IMG/VR virus record: IMGVR_UViG_3300026078_000017
Span: 62,001 to 126,000 of that record
DNA length: 64,000 nucleotides
Direction: 5' to 3' (one strand)
Both the position numbers and the translations under genes were made by a program. Within the stretch, counting starts at the first letter, position 1. The number at the start of each line of letters is the position of its first letter. Below are positions 15,704-25,051 of this stretch, piece after piece. The notes beneath the pieces were generated by a model, which did no database searches, had not been told where the DNA came from, and saw only the letters and a program-made list of their open reading frames with translations.

Positions 15704-18190
15704 TCATCCACACTTGCTGTGTCCGCAGTCTTGGCAGGACACACAACCCTCTTGGTATATCAGTTTAATAGAACCGCAGTTTGGACACTTCTTCTCAGAA
15801 GCCTTGGTGCCGTCCTTGATATAGTGCTTTAGAACTCTGGACATTGCCCTGGAGAAAGAGAACAGGTCGTCTTCCTTTTCTGAACCCTTCTGGAGCTGTT
15901 CCACGATAAACTGAACAGGTGACCCATGTCTCAAGGCAAGAGAAATAGTTCTGGTAAATGCAGAGTGAGTTGTGTTGTTGAAGGACTGAGCAATGTCCTT
16001 TACGATCGTCTCGTCCTCTGGACCCTTTTCGTAGTCATAGTGGAAGTCATAACGTGCCACAGGATTTTCCTGACCATTATGTTTGACGATCTTTCCTGTC
16101 TTCACTCTCTTTGGCATTGAGATGTGTTTTGACAAACCACCAAGAACCTCATATGGTTTTCCATCATACAAGCCAACGAACACCGTCCATTTTTCGCCAT
16201 TCACCGTGAGACTCATAACGTCACATGGAAGTTCCTTAGGTCTCTTTGGAGCATGACGATCCGTAAACTCTTGCTTGTCGTCTTTCTTAGCAGAAGATGA
16301 GGAAGTCTCAGTAACGAGCACACCCGTACGACAACCATCACGATACACAGTCACACCCTTACATCCAGATTCCCATCCGGTCATGTAAATGTCCTTGATG
16401 ACATCAACGGTTGTGTCACTTGGAACGTTTGTTGTGTTCGAAATGCTATGGCAAATCCACTTCTGTGCAGCAGCCTGAACTTTTACCTTGGCAACCCAGT
16501 CAATGTCATTTGCACGTGACTTGAAGTATGGAGAGTTTTCTACGCCAGACTTTCCAGAGACTTCCATCCACTTTGCATATTGGTGATGATAGACCTCATA
16601 CTCTTGCCACTTGTCACCCATGTCATCAATGAAGTCAACTCTGGCTTCCTTGTCATTTGGGTTGATTTTCTTGCGGCGCTTGTAAACGACCTCGAATGCT
16701 GGCTCAATGCCAGAGGTTGTTTGTGTGAGCATCGAAACAGAACCTGCTGGAGCTGTTGTCGTAAGTGCCACATTTCTTCTGCCAAACTTTTTCCACTTTG
16801 CAGCAAGGTCTTTGTCCTGAGAAAAAATCCTCTGCAAGAATGGATGATCTTTTTCTAGCTTGTAGTCGAACGCAGGGAAACATCCGCGCTCTTCTGCCAT
16901 GTCGACAGTTGCCTGATAAGCTCCCATAGCCAACAAACCATAAACCTTGTCGGTCATTTCGATAGACTCTGGTGAGCCATAACGCATGCCAAGAGCTGCG
17001 AACATGTCACCAATAGCCGTTAAACCAAGACCTGTGCGTCTACCACGTGTGCAAGCTTGCTTAATCTTGTTCCACAGGTTGCGTTCAATTGCCTTGACGT
17101 CTTCTGGCTCAGGGTCGCTTTCAATCTTTGCAAGGATTTTATCAACACACTCAAGCTCAAGGTCAACAAGGTCATCCATGAGTCTCTGAGCGACAATCAC
17201 ACACTCCTTGAAGTCTTTTTCCAAGAACTCTGCATTTTTCTTAAATGGGTTCTTCACGAAGGACAGAGCATTTACCAAAAGGAGTCTGCATGAGTCATAA
17301 GGACTGAGAACAATCTCACCACATGGATTTGTGGAAGTCGACTTGAACTCTGCGTAACACTCGGTTGGAGTCTCTCTCTTGACGGTGTCCCAAAATAACA
17401 ATCCAGGTTCTGCGGAAGCGTGTGCACCCTCAATAATCTTGTCCCAAAGTTCACGAGCACTTGTCTTCTGAGAAATGATTGGAGTTTTTGAGTCTACAGG
17501 AAAACGAAGTTCGAAGTCTTCATTGTTTTTCACTGCCGTCATGAACTCATCAGACAGACGAATAGAAATGTTGGCGCCCGTTACCTTCTTGAGATCTCTT
17601 TTGATCTTCACGAAGGTTTCAATCTCGGGATGATGAACCGAAATTGTGAGCATCAAGGCTCCTCTGCGACCACCCTGAGCAACCTCACGACAGGTGTTGG
17701 AGAATCTCTCCATGAACACACCAATACCATCTGTGGTTTTTGCAGCGTTGGAAGTAGCAAGACCTCTTGGGCGAATGGTGGACACGTCAAAGCCAACACC
17801 GCCACGTCTCTTCATCAACTGAGCTTCTTCCTGGTCTGTCTTGAGAATGCCACCATAAGAGTCATATGGGCTCTCAATAACGAAACAGTTGCTCAAGGAG
17901 ACTGTCTGATATGGATTACCAATACCAGACATAGGAGAACCCTGAGGGATTATGTACTCAAAGTTCTTCAACCACTTATAGATCTCTGCTTCTGAAAGTG
18001 CGTTCGGATATTTCTTTTCAATCCTGGCGAACTCCTTTGCAAGTCTCTTGTGCATGTCATCTGGAGTTGGCTCCAAAATGTCACCAAGTGGTTGACTTGT
18101 GAGTGCATACTTGCCAAGAAAGACCTCTGCCGCTAACTTGTCTCCATTGAAATATTCGGTTGACTTTTTTAATGCTGACGTGTAATCCAT
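15704..18190 (-). CDS. nrdJ: adenosylcobalamin-dependent (class II) ribonucleotide reductase
   Basis: SLSNCFV, GGVGFD, TNPCGE, TTTAPAGS, C-terminal CPNCG...CQDCGHSKC Zn ribbon; no adjacent nrdB. Confidence 0.93.
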   Translation of the reverse strand: MDYTSALKKSTEYFNGDKLAAEVFLGKYALTSQPLGDILEPTPDDMHKRLAKEFARIEKKYPNALSEAEIYKWLKNFEYIIPQGSPMSGIGNPYQTVSLSNCFVIESPYDSYGGILKTDQEEAQLMKRRGGVGFDVSTIRPRGLATSNAAKTTDGIGVFMERFSNTCREVAQGGRRGALMLTISVHHPEIETFVKIKRDLKKVTGANISIRLSDEFMTAVKNNEDFELRFPVDSKTPIISQKTSARELWDKIIEGAHASAEPGLLFWDTVKRETPTECYAEFKSTSTNPCGEIVLSPYDSCRLLLVNALSFVKNPFKKNAEFLEKDFKECVIVAQRLMDDLVDLELECVDKILAKIESDPEPEDVKAIERNLWNKIKQACTRGRRTGLGLTAIGDMFAALGMRYGSPESIEMTDKVYGLLAMGAYQATVDMAEERGCFPAFDYKLEKDHPFLQRIFSQDKDLAAKWKKFGRRNVALTTTAPAGSVSMLTQTTSGIEPAFEVVYKRRKKINPNDKEARVDFIDDMGDKWQEYEVYHHQYAKWMEVSGKSGVENSPYFKSRANDIDWVAKVKVQAAAQKWICHSISNTTNVPSDTTVDVIKDIYMTGWESGCKGVTVYRDGCRTGVLVTETSSSSAKKDDKQEFTDRHAPKRPKELPCDVMSLTVNGEKWTVFVGLYDGKPYEVLGGLSKHISMPKRVKTGKIVKHNGQENPVARYDFHYDYEKGPEDETIVKDIAQSFNNTTHSAFTRTISLALRHGSPVQFIVEQLQKGSEKEDDLFSFSRAMSRVLKHYIKDGTKASEKKCPNCGSIKLIYQEGCVSCQDCGHSKCG

Positions 18191-18221
18191 TTCAAATCCT
18201 ATTAGTCCACTCCACCTGATC

Positions 18222-19697
18222 TCATGAGTTGCTGGTGAGAGTATCTAGTTTCTCTATTTTGACTGAGTCATTTTGACTCTGCTTGTAAATTTGTCGCAGT
18301 TTGGAAACTGCACCATTCACATTCGTCTTGCGTTCGTTGTTATTGAAGTTGTTTTGGCTTGAGGTAGAAGGACTTTCCATCGCTTCCATTTCCATCTCGC
18401 CAATAATCTTCAACTTCGACTTTGCAGTATCGAGGTGAATGTTGTACTGAATACCATCTTTACCGGCACGATTCTTTGCGATAAACAACGTGCCAAGTCC
18501 GGTGGACTTCAGTTCGGGCTTTCTGTGTAGACCCAAGATGACGTCACAAGCGTGACTTTGTCCATAGGACTCTGCCATGTTTGTCATGTCAATGAAATCA
18601 GACTTCGCGCCCTCTTTGTTCGACTGAGTTGCAGTCCAAATTGGAACGTTAAGTTCCTGAGCAAGTCCACGAAGTTCTTCGAAAATGCGCTGAAGCTCCA
18701 TTCTTGGAAGGTCATACTTTTCGGTAGATCTCATAATACCAGAATAGTCCACGAGAACCAAGTCTGGCTTAAAGCCTGTAAGAGCAAGCCTGTCGAGGTG
18801 GTTTCTCAAGGTTTCCACAGTTGCAGTACGAGTTGGGAATTCCTTGATAATCAGCTTGCCGTAGTTATCCAAGTTGATTTTATAGTGCTCTTTGATTTTG
18901 TCAATGTTCTCTGAACATTCCAGAGAATTGAGATCGCAGAGATAACTGTCATAACGAACTCCCATGATTCTCTCACGAAGTTCAAAAGAGTAATGAACAA
19001 CATTTTTCCCACGTTTGATTGCCTCTGCACCAAATCCAATAAGGACGTGACTCTTACCAACACCAGACATGGCGATGATTGTACCAATTTCTCCAGCACC
19101 AAGACCACCATTCAAAATCTGCTTGGCATCCAACTCAGGAATACCAGTTTTCACGGGACTTCTGAATGTCTCTGAGTAACGAGTGTCAATGTCACAACCA
19201 AGTTCAAGACCTGGCGTGGTCGTCATACCGGCTGCCAGAGCCTCTTTGATGATCTGAGCTACCTTGTCATACTTCTCGTTGACAATAAGCTCCACAGACT
19301 TTTCTAGAGCCATCTGAAGCCCTTGCTTCTTGCAGAACTCCAAGGACTTTTCTTTTACATAAGGAAGGTCACCAAGATTTTCATTCTTTGCAACAAGAAT
19401 CAAGAAATTGTGAATCTGCTGACGAAGAATTGCATCTCTGTCTGACTTCAGTTCATCCACCAACATTGTCCTGAGAAGTTGATCCGAAGGAAACTCCTTG
19501 AATTGCTTGTGGTATGTAACATATCGATTTGCAATCATCTTGAGATATGCATGTTCGAAGTAGTTAACGTCAAGAATTTCGGCAAACTGAGCTGCCCAAA
19601 TCTTGTCTGCAATCATTGCTTGGACGATTTTTTCTTGAAACGACTTGTCAAAAGTGAAATGTTTACCTTGCGTTTTGTCCTGATTTTGTGTGGACAT
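18222..19697 (-). CDS. dnaB: replicative DNA helicase (DnaB/T4 gp41-like)
   Basis: AMSGVGKS (Walker A), SFEL, LVLVDY (Walker B), ATQSNK, KNRAG. Confidence 0.88.
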   Translation of the reverse strand: MSTQNQDKTQGKHFTFDKSFQEKIVQAMIADKIWAAQFAEILDVNYFEHAYLKMIANRYVTYHKQFKEFPSDQLLRTMLVDELKSDRDAILRQQIHNFLILVAKNENLGDLPYVKEKSLEFCKKQGLQMALEKSVELIVNEKYDKVAQIIKEALAAGMTTTPGLELGCDIDTRYSETFRSPVKTGIPELDAKQILNGGLGAGEIGTIIAMSGVGKSHVLIGFGAEAIKRGKNVVHYSFELRERIMGVRYDSYLCDLNSLECSENIDKIKEHYKINLDNYGKLIIKEFPTRTATVETLRNHLDRLALTGFKPDLVLVDYSGIMRSTEKYDLPRMELQRIFEELRGLAQELNVPIWTATQSNKEGAKSDFIDMTNMAESYGQSHACDVILGLHRKPELKSTGLGTLFIAKNRAGKDGIQYNIHLDTAKSKLKIIGEMEMEAMESPSTSSQNNFNNNERKTNVNGAVSKLRQIYKQSQNDSVKIEKLDTLTSNS

Positions 19698-19847
19698 ACG
19701 TTCTCCTTGGGTGGTTATCTTTTATTTTAGTTGTTGAGAGGACTGGCTATAGGTTAATGCCTATCCATATTCACTTAGACCAACCATCGTCTGTTTAATG
19801 ATGCTGCTCGAACCGTTTCTTCCAAAAATTTCTGAAAGAAAAAGTTG

Positions 19848-20891
19848 TCACTCGACGAGGGTTGTTTTAAACAAAATGGACAGTCTATCGTAGTCAACAT
19901 CCGTGACCACTCCTGCATCAATCATAGTACGAATCAATCCGAGTTTATTCATGTTTGGTTTGAAGTTATCTAGAGCAAAATCAACCTTTTGTATCTGACT
20001 TGCACTCAAGGTTGAAGAGTCAAGATACATCAGTTGCCAATTTCTTTCTAAGATAGACTTCGAGGTCAAAACGTCTGAATATGCTTTGATTTTCGACTTG
20101 CCGTCCACTTTTTCTTGTGAATACTTCATAATGTCCTCAACTTGAAGATCCACAGTGGTGTCGGCAAGAATAGGGAATCTCTTGGCAGCGGTTTTCAAAC
20201 CAATACCGTCGATTCCAGGAATATTATCTGAATTATCTCCAACTAACGTTCTTGCAAGGCAAAAGTTTCGTGGAGCTATATTGTGCTCGGTAAGAATTTT
20301 CTCAGCAGAAACCAAAATTTTCTTGCCTGGGTCGTAGATTTCTATGCTTGGGTTTTCCAAGAGCTGATAGAAGTCCTTGTCAGAAGACACAAGTACCTTT
20401 CGAGCATTCTCTTGCGCGAACTTGTTTCTCAACAAGTAGGAGATAATGTCATCACACTCTGTTTCACCCACATAAATCTGACAGACTGGAAGTTGCTTGA
20501 TGATCTGTGTGAGAAGGTGAAGTTGCTTGAGTTTGTTCTGTGTGTCTGAGAGCAGCCAGGCACGCTTGGAGTCATCCTTGTTGATGTCCTTGAAGGTTTC
20601 CTTGTCCTTGGCTCTATTGGCTTTGTAGCCTTCGTAGATTTTCTTACGACGTGGAGAAGCTCCACCTTGTTCCCACACCACGACCATTTTCTTTGGAACG
20701 AAGTTGTTGGTGAGGAAGTTGAGATACTTCAAAAACCCAACAACACCACCCACAGGGTCTCCACTCGTCGTTGTTGTCTCGTTTACAACGAACATCCGAA
20801 TAAAGATGTTCATGCCGTCGACAATCAAAATTGGACGTTCGGTCTTGTGATTTGGTTTAAATGTTAGGTTTACTGGTGTCATGTGTTCCAA
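19848..20891 (-). CDS. 5'-3' exonuclease / flap endonuclease (T4 RNase H-like)
   Basis: LIVDGMN, YKANR, ECDDII, SSDKDFYQL, LVGDNSDNIPGIDGIG. Confidence 0.92.
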   Translation of the reverse strand: MEHMTPVNLTFKPNHKTERPILIVDGMNIFIRMFVVNETTTTSGDPVGGVVGFLKYLNFLTNNFVPKKMVVVWEQGGASPRRKKIYEGYKANRAKDKETFKDINKDDSKRAWLLSDTQNKLKQLHLLTQIIKQLPVCQIYVGETECDDIISYLLRNKFAQENARKVLVSSDKDFYQLLENPSIEIYDPGKKILVSAEKILTEHNIAPRNFCLARTLVGDNSDNIPGIDGIGLKTAAKRFPILADTTVDLQVEDIMKYSQEKVDGKSKIKAYSDVLTSKSILERNWQLMYLDSSTLSASQIQKVDFALDNFKPNMNKLGLIRTMIDAGVVTDVDYDRLSILFKTTLVE

Positions 20892-21085
20892 CGACTTTCT
20901 CTGGCTTCGTTAAATGGAAGACTCAACAAAACGTACTCATGGTTCTCATCTTGTCTGAGAGTCTGTAAAGCCTTCTGGCATTTACGTTTGTGGGTAAAGC
21001 CTGCAACCAATCGACCTGTTCCCGACTGAAGGATTATGTGAACAAATCGAGTGGAAGCAGCCTTTTTCCTTTTACGATCAATCAT
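20879..21085 (-). CDS. hypothetical protein
   Basis: 68-aa ORF overlapping both neighbours. Confidence 0.5.
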   Translation of the reverse strand: MIDRKRKKAASTRFVHIILQSGTGRLVAGFTHKRKCQKALQTLRQDENHEYVLLSLPFNEARESRWNT

Positions 21086-21327
21086 TGATCCTCATCAAAG
21101 TGGTTGTAAGAAACACGATCAAATTGTTTCTTGATTAGATCTCGTTGTGTTTGTTCGAATTTTGCTAGTCTTTCGAGCATGACAGCGTACTTCTTCGCAA
21201 GAACTGCATTCTTTGGACTCTTGATGAGCCTAAGAAGTCTTGCAGCATCTCTCATCCTCTCAGGTGTGAAGTCGTTTTCTTCTTGATCCAACATAAATTG
21301 GACAAGTGATGATTTTTCGTCCATCAA
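21082..21327 (-). CDS. hypothetical protein
   Basis: 81-aa ORF with ATGA coupling. Confidence 0.55.
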   Translation of the reverse strand: MMDEKSSLVQFMLDQEENDFTPERMRDAARLLRLIKSPKNAVLAKKYAVMLERLAKFEQTQRDLIKKQFDRVSYNHFDEDQ

Positions 21328-21794
21328 ACCAAAACTCCTCTCCAGGACAATCCATAGCGACTAGAAGAATGTGGTGGTAGGGGATATATCTGCAAAGGCT
21401 GATATATGTACACGGTTTGACCTGGTTGAGAACCTAACAAGTATTCCTTTACCAGCTCTTCGGAAAATTCACTTATGTTAGATGCGGAAGGATCAGCTTC
21501 TACTTTTTCGAAAAGCTTGGAAGTGACATTTTTTATGTTGTGAACTTCTGCAATATGAGCCCTGTCATCTTTGCCGATAAACGCAGGTAAGTGTACGCCT
21601 TCAACAGAAGGCAAGTGCAAAGGAATTTGTGCAACTATCTTGAGAACCAAGTCGTTCAAGTCTGACAAGTGTGGATAATCCAACAAATATCTTGCTTGAT
21701 TTTCAAGCAGAAGCGCAGGTGTGTCTTGCTGATCTTGAGTCAAACGTTGATCGACATATCCTGCTTTAACCCATTTTTCTGTGGTCTTATTCAT
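21324..21794 (-). CDS. miniature major-capsid-protein-like protein
   Basis: EKW..AG...LLENQARYLL and YIYQPLQ...SRYG match the N- and C-terminal motifs of the MCP at 59539..61455. Confidence 0.6.
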   Translation of the reverse strand: MNKTTEKWVKAGYVDQRLTQDQQDTPALLLENQARYLLDYPHLSDLNDLVLKIVAQIPLHLPSVEGVHLPAFIGKDDRAHIAEVHNIKNVTSKLFEKVEADPSASNISEFSEELVKEYLLGSQPGQTVYIYQPLQIYPLPPHSSSRYGLSWRGVLV

Positions 21795-22396
21795 TGTCCT
21801 GAACTTCCGAAACCAGCACTACCACGGACAGACTCCGTGGTCTTGTTTGTCTCTTCCATAAGAACTTCACCCGCAGTTCCCACTTTATAAACCACAAGTT
21901 GGGCGATGCGATCACCTCTCTTGAAAGAATAACTGGTTCCAGAACCAGATATCCAACTAAAGAAGTTACACGTCAACACAACGAACATTTCACCACGATA
22001 TGTTGGGTCAATAATCCCACCGACAGGAAAAATGCCTTTTGCTGACAAACCTGAACGTCCTTCCATTTTAAGGAAAATCCTGTTCCTCTCAAGGTCCATT
22101 GTTGGCATGTCTGCCAACTGAATACCTGTCGAGATTTTTAGGGTCTGTCCATGAGAAATGACAAAATCCTGGTCACAGAACACATCAAACCCAATATCGC
22201 CCTCACGGACAGCATGTGGGATTTTTGCGGTCTCCGTCAAGCGTTTAAACTTGATTCGGATAAAAGGATCCGCCTTGGGAATGTTTGGAGCAAACCAATT
22301 TGGATCCTCTGTCTTGTAAGAGGATTTTGCCACGGGTTCCTTTTCGGTAAGTCTTATCGACTCATTGGGATCATGGTTTCCTAGTGTCTTTGTCAT
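21791..22396 (-). CDS. dut: trimeric dUTPase
   Basis: GDIGFD, GRSGLS, GIIDPTYRGE, GDRIAQL, RGSAGFGSSG; ATG at 22396 preferred over TTG at 22402. Confidence 0.93.
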   Translation of the reverse strand: MTKTLGNHDPNESIRLTEKEPVAKSSYKTEDPNWFAPNIPKADPFIRIKFKRLTETAKIPHAVREGDIGFDVFCDQDFVISHGQTLKISTGIQLADMPTMDLERNRIFLKMEGRSGLSAKGIFPVGGIIDPTYRGEMFVVLTCNFFSWISGSGTSYSFKRGDRIAQLVVYKVGTAGEVLMEETNKTTESVRGSAGFGSSGQ

Positions 22397-22398
22397 AA

Positions 22399-23637
22399 TC
22401 AAGCCTCAGCAATGTCTCCAGCAGACTTGTTTGCCACTTCTGCTGCTTGCACTTCCTCAATAGAGTCGGTGTTTACGCCCTTGAGCGTTGGGTGTTCTTC
22501 CTGAAGAGGCTTCATGATGTAAGCCTCGTCCATCAAACCATCCAAAAATGGCTTATAGACCTTGTCTGCCAAAATCTCGTCAAAGTTGGACTTGTTAAAC
22601 TTCTTTTCCACAATGGACTTTCCATCCTTAGAAATCGAAAGTGTCTTCCAGGCCGAAACACCATCAACCGAAACCTTATGACCATTTACCATAGCTGGTC
22701 CATTCTTTTCGCAGTGCTCACGAAGGAAGTCGAAAATCTGTTCGTGTTCCTTGATGCCAACACCGAAGTGGATTTCGAAAGTGCACTCACGGAATGGACG
22801 TGCAACCTTGTTCTTGATGGTTTTTGCAGTTACCTGAATACCGATAACCTGTCCATCCTTGTTTTCAAGCTGCTTACCACCTGTGAGCTTGATTCTGGTG
22901 GATGCCGAGTAAGGAATAGCCATACCACCTGACGTGGTCGTTGGATCTCCGTACATAACGCCAATCTTGGTGCGTTGCTGACTTACAAGCATAAGCAACA
23001 CCTTCTGACTCGAAATCACGTTGGCGATTTTTCTCATGCCCTTGGAAAGCACACGAGCCTGAAGACCAATTGTGTTCTGGTCATAGTCACCCTCAAGTTC
23101 AGCCTTTGGAGAAGACTGAGAAACCGAGTCCCAAATCACGATAACAGGAACATCCTTTGTCATCGAGCGAGCCTTGGTAATCGTGCTTTCGATAACCGAC
23201 AGAATCTCTTCTGTGCAAGCCGTCTGAACGAACACGAAACGCTTGGAAATATCAATACCAAGGTCTGCAAGGTTGTCGATGTTTGTTGCGTTCTCTGTGT
23301 CGACGTACACGCAAATGCCACCCATCTGCTGAACAGAACGAGCTGCCGCAAAACACAAGTGACTCTTACCCAAGCCTGGCTGTGCCTGGATTTCTACAAT
23401 ACGTCCTTCTGCCCAACCACCGCCATTGCGATTGCCAATAACATAGTCAAGCTGACGAGAGCCTGTGGAAATCCACCGCTTGATTTCTGTCGGTGCGTCA
23501 TCGGATGCAAGGTTGAACGCGATGTTGGAGCCGTGCTCCTTGTTCAACTGTCTAATAAGTTCTTGCGAGAAGTCGTCATGCTGCTTCATGCTTGCTGCTG
23601 ACTCATAATCTGGCTTTTTTGTTGTCTTTGGTCCCAT
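22399..23637 (-). CDS. recA: RecA/UvsX-like recombinase
   Basis: ISTGSRQLD, AQPGLGKS (Walker A), YVDTENA, IWDSV, SQQR, TTSGGMAIPYSASTRI, KNKVARP. Confidence 0.93.
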   Translation of the reverse strand: MGPKTTKKPDYESAASMKQHDDFSQELIRQLNKEHGSNIAFNLASDDAPTEIKRWISTGSRQLDYVIGNRNGGGWAEGRIVEIQAQPGLGKSHLCFAAARSVQQMGGICVYVDTENATNIDNLADLGIDISKRFVFVQTACTEEILSVIESTITKARSMTKDVPVIVIWDSVSQSSPKAELEGDYDQNTIGLQARVLSKGMRKIANVISSQKVLLMLVSQQRTKIGVMYGDPTTTSGGMAIPYSASTRIKLTGGKQLENKDGQVIGIQVTAKTIKNKVARPFRECTFEIHFGVGIKEHEQIFDFLREHCEKNGPAMVNGHKVSVDGVSAWKTLSISKDGKSIVEKKFNKSNFDEILADKVYKPFLDGLMDEAYIMKPLQEEHPTLKGVNTDSIEEVQAAEVANKSAGDIAEA

Positions 23638-23697
23638 TGAATACCTCTGTCTTAGATTCTAACCGTTTGTCATTCTTACATAAACCCGTTTGAGTAC

Positions 23698-23722
23698 AAA
23701 AAAGCCCCAAGAAGGGGCTTTG
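23698..23722 (-). terminator. intrinsic terminator after the SSB gene
   Basis: Minus strand AAGCCCC-ttctt-GGGGCTT followed by TTTT. Confidence 0.75.
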
Positions 23723-23784
23723 ATGTAACCGTATGTCAACCTCTCACTTTTCAGTAAGATGAAGACAACCCTATTTTGTGTGAA

Positions 23785-24606
23785 TCACTCGATGTCTTTG
23801 AAAGCTGCATCGACGTCGGCAACTGCCTTGTCGGAACTTTCTGTTTGACCGCGAGATGTACCCTCAACCGTAACCTCACCAGCAACCTGTTCACCAGACT
23901 GAATAGCAAGGAAGTTGTCACGAATTTGGACAAGTTCATCTGCCGACTTAACCTGTGCCTTGAAGTATGCCTCAAAGTTTGGAACAGTCTTCATGAGAGC
24001 CTCAACCTGCTCCTTCTTTGGAAGAAGTTTCGAAGCCTTTCTGCGTGGCTGCAACTTGATTTCCTTCACAGGGAAGTTGTTGAAAGTTTTGTCAGTTGCC
24101 GAAACGGTGACCGTGAAGTCATAGCCGTTATCTGCCGAGAACATGTCTTCATCGGCATAATCTGGGTGAACGAGGATTCCGTAGATATCCTTGCAAAGCT
24201 TTGGAGACAACTCCCAAACCTGCAAACCCTTTTCCTCTTCGCCACGGATGATGATTGCTGCGTAGTAACGCTCTCTTGGCGTAAGCTTTTTACGAACCAA
24301 CCAAGCCTCACGGGACTTGTCTTTTGCAAGCTCCATTGCTGCTTCCTTGATTGGATCTTCCATTCCGAACTGCGAAGGAGCTACAAAGCGTCTTTCCGAA
24401 AGTTCTTTGTTGTCGTAGTACGACACTTCATAGAATGGCTGTGCAAGTGGATTGCCAGAACCATCAAGCAATCCGACGAATCTTACGTCGTATGTGCCGA
24501 TGCCGAGTTTTGCCCAAGTGATCTTCGCTTTTTCGGTGGTTGACTTTTGGTTTCCAGTAAGCGACGTGATCTTCTCTTTGATGTTGTTTAACGTATAGCT
24601 ACTCAT
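23785..24606 (-). CDS. single-stranded DNA-binding protein (T4 gp32-like)
   Basis: DVRF...QPFYEVSYY, RERYYAAIIIRGEEEKG, GYDFTV, acidic C-terminal tail DAAFKDIE; adjacent to recA. Confidence 0.8.
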   Translation of the reverse strand: MSSYTLNNIKEKITSLTGNQKSTTEKAKITWAKLGIGTYDVRFVGLLDGSGNPLAQPFYEVSYYDNKELSERRFVAPSQFGMEDPIKEAAMELAKDKSREAWLVRKKLTPRERYYAAIIIRGEEEKGLQVWELSPKLCKDIYGILVHPDYADEDMFSADNGYDFTVTVSATDKTFNNFPVKEIKLQPRRKASKLLPKKEQVEALMKTVPNFEAYFKAQVKSADELVQIRDNFLAIQSGEQVAGEVTVEGTSRGQTESSDKAVADVDAAFKDIE

Positions 24607-24685
24607 TGTGTTTTCTCCTAATAAAAAGCCGGTATAAGGTAGGACCGGACTAGTTCTAAGTATGTTGAACAGACCCTAAGTTGTA

Positions 24686-25051
24686 TCAAGTTTCTTCAGA
24701 ATTTTGAGCTTGGAAACCCTTGAAATCATTGGGTTTTTTGTTCTCAAATTCAGCGGTTTTTGGCATCAAATTGTAGACTGATTTCAACACGTTAATGGCG
24801 CCTTCCATTCCGTAAAGAATCTTTGGAAGATCATCCTTGTCCAAGGTGCCAGCATCGATCTGATCTTGAAGACCTTGCATGCTAATAACGATGAGTCTGT
24901 CGAAATCCTCATTGGAATTTCTGTACTCCCACACTGCTACACCAGCCTTCTTCTTTTCAGAAGGGGCAACAGGTGCAGTCTCTGTTGGGGTCGTCTCAAA
25001 TAGGTCAATTTTCTCAGTGGGTGCAGTGTTTATAGTTGTTTCGTCGCTCAT
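24686..25051 (-). CDS. hypothetical protein
   Basis: 121-aa ORF coupled to the polymerase-domain gene. Confidence 0.65.
   Translation of the reverse strand: MSDETTINTAPTEKIDLFETTPTETAPVAPSEKKKAGVAVWEYRNSNEDFDRLIVISMQGLQDQIDAGTLDKDDLPKILYGMEGAINVLKSVYNLMPKTAEFENKKPNDFKGFQAQNSEET

Noticed and set aside
18191-18221. Cobalamin riboswitch before nrdJ
   Set aside because: The intergenic gap is only about 30 nt.
19698-19847. Possible riboswitch or ncRNA upstream of the helicase
   Set aside because: Only a 5-bp hairpin (ATAGG-cattaa-CCTAT) and weak outer pairing; no recognisable aptamer.
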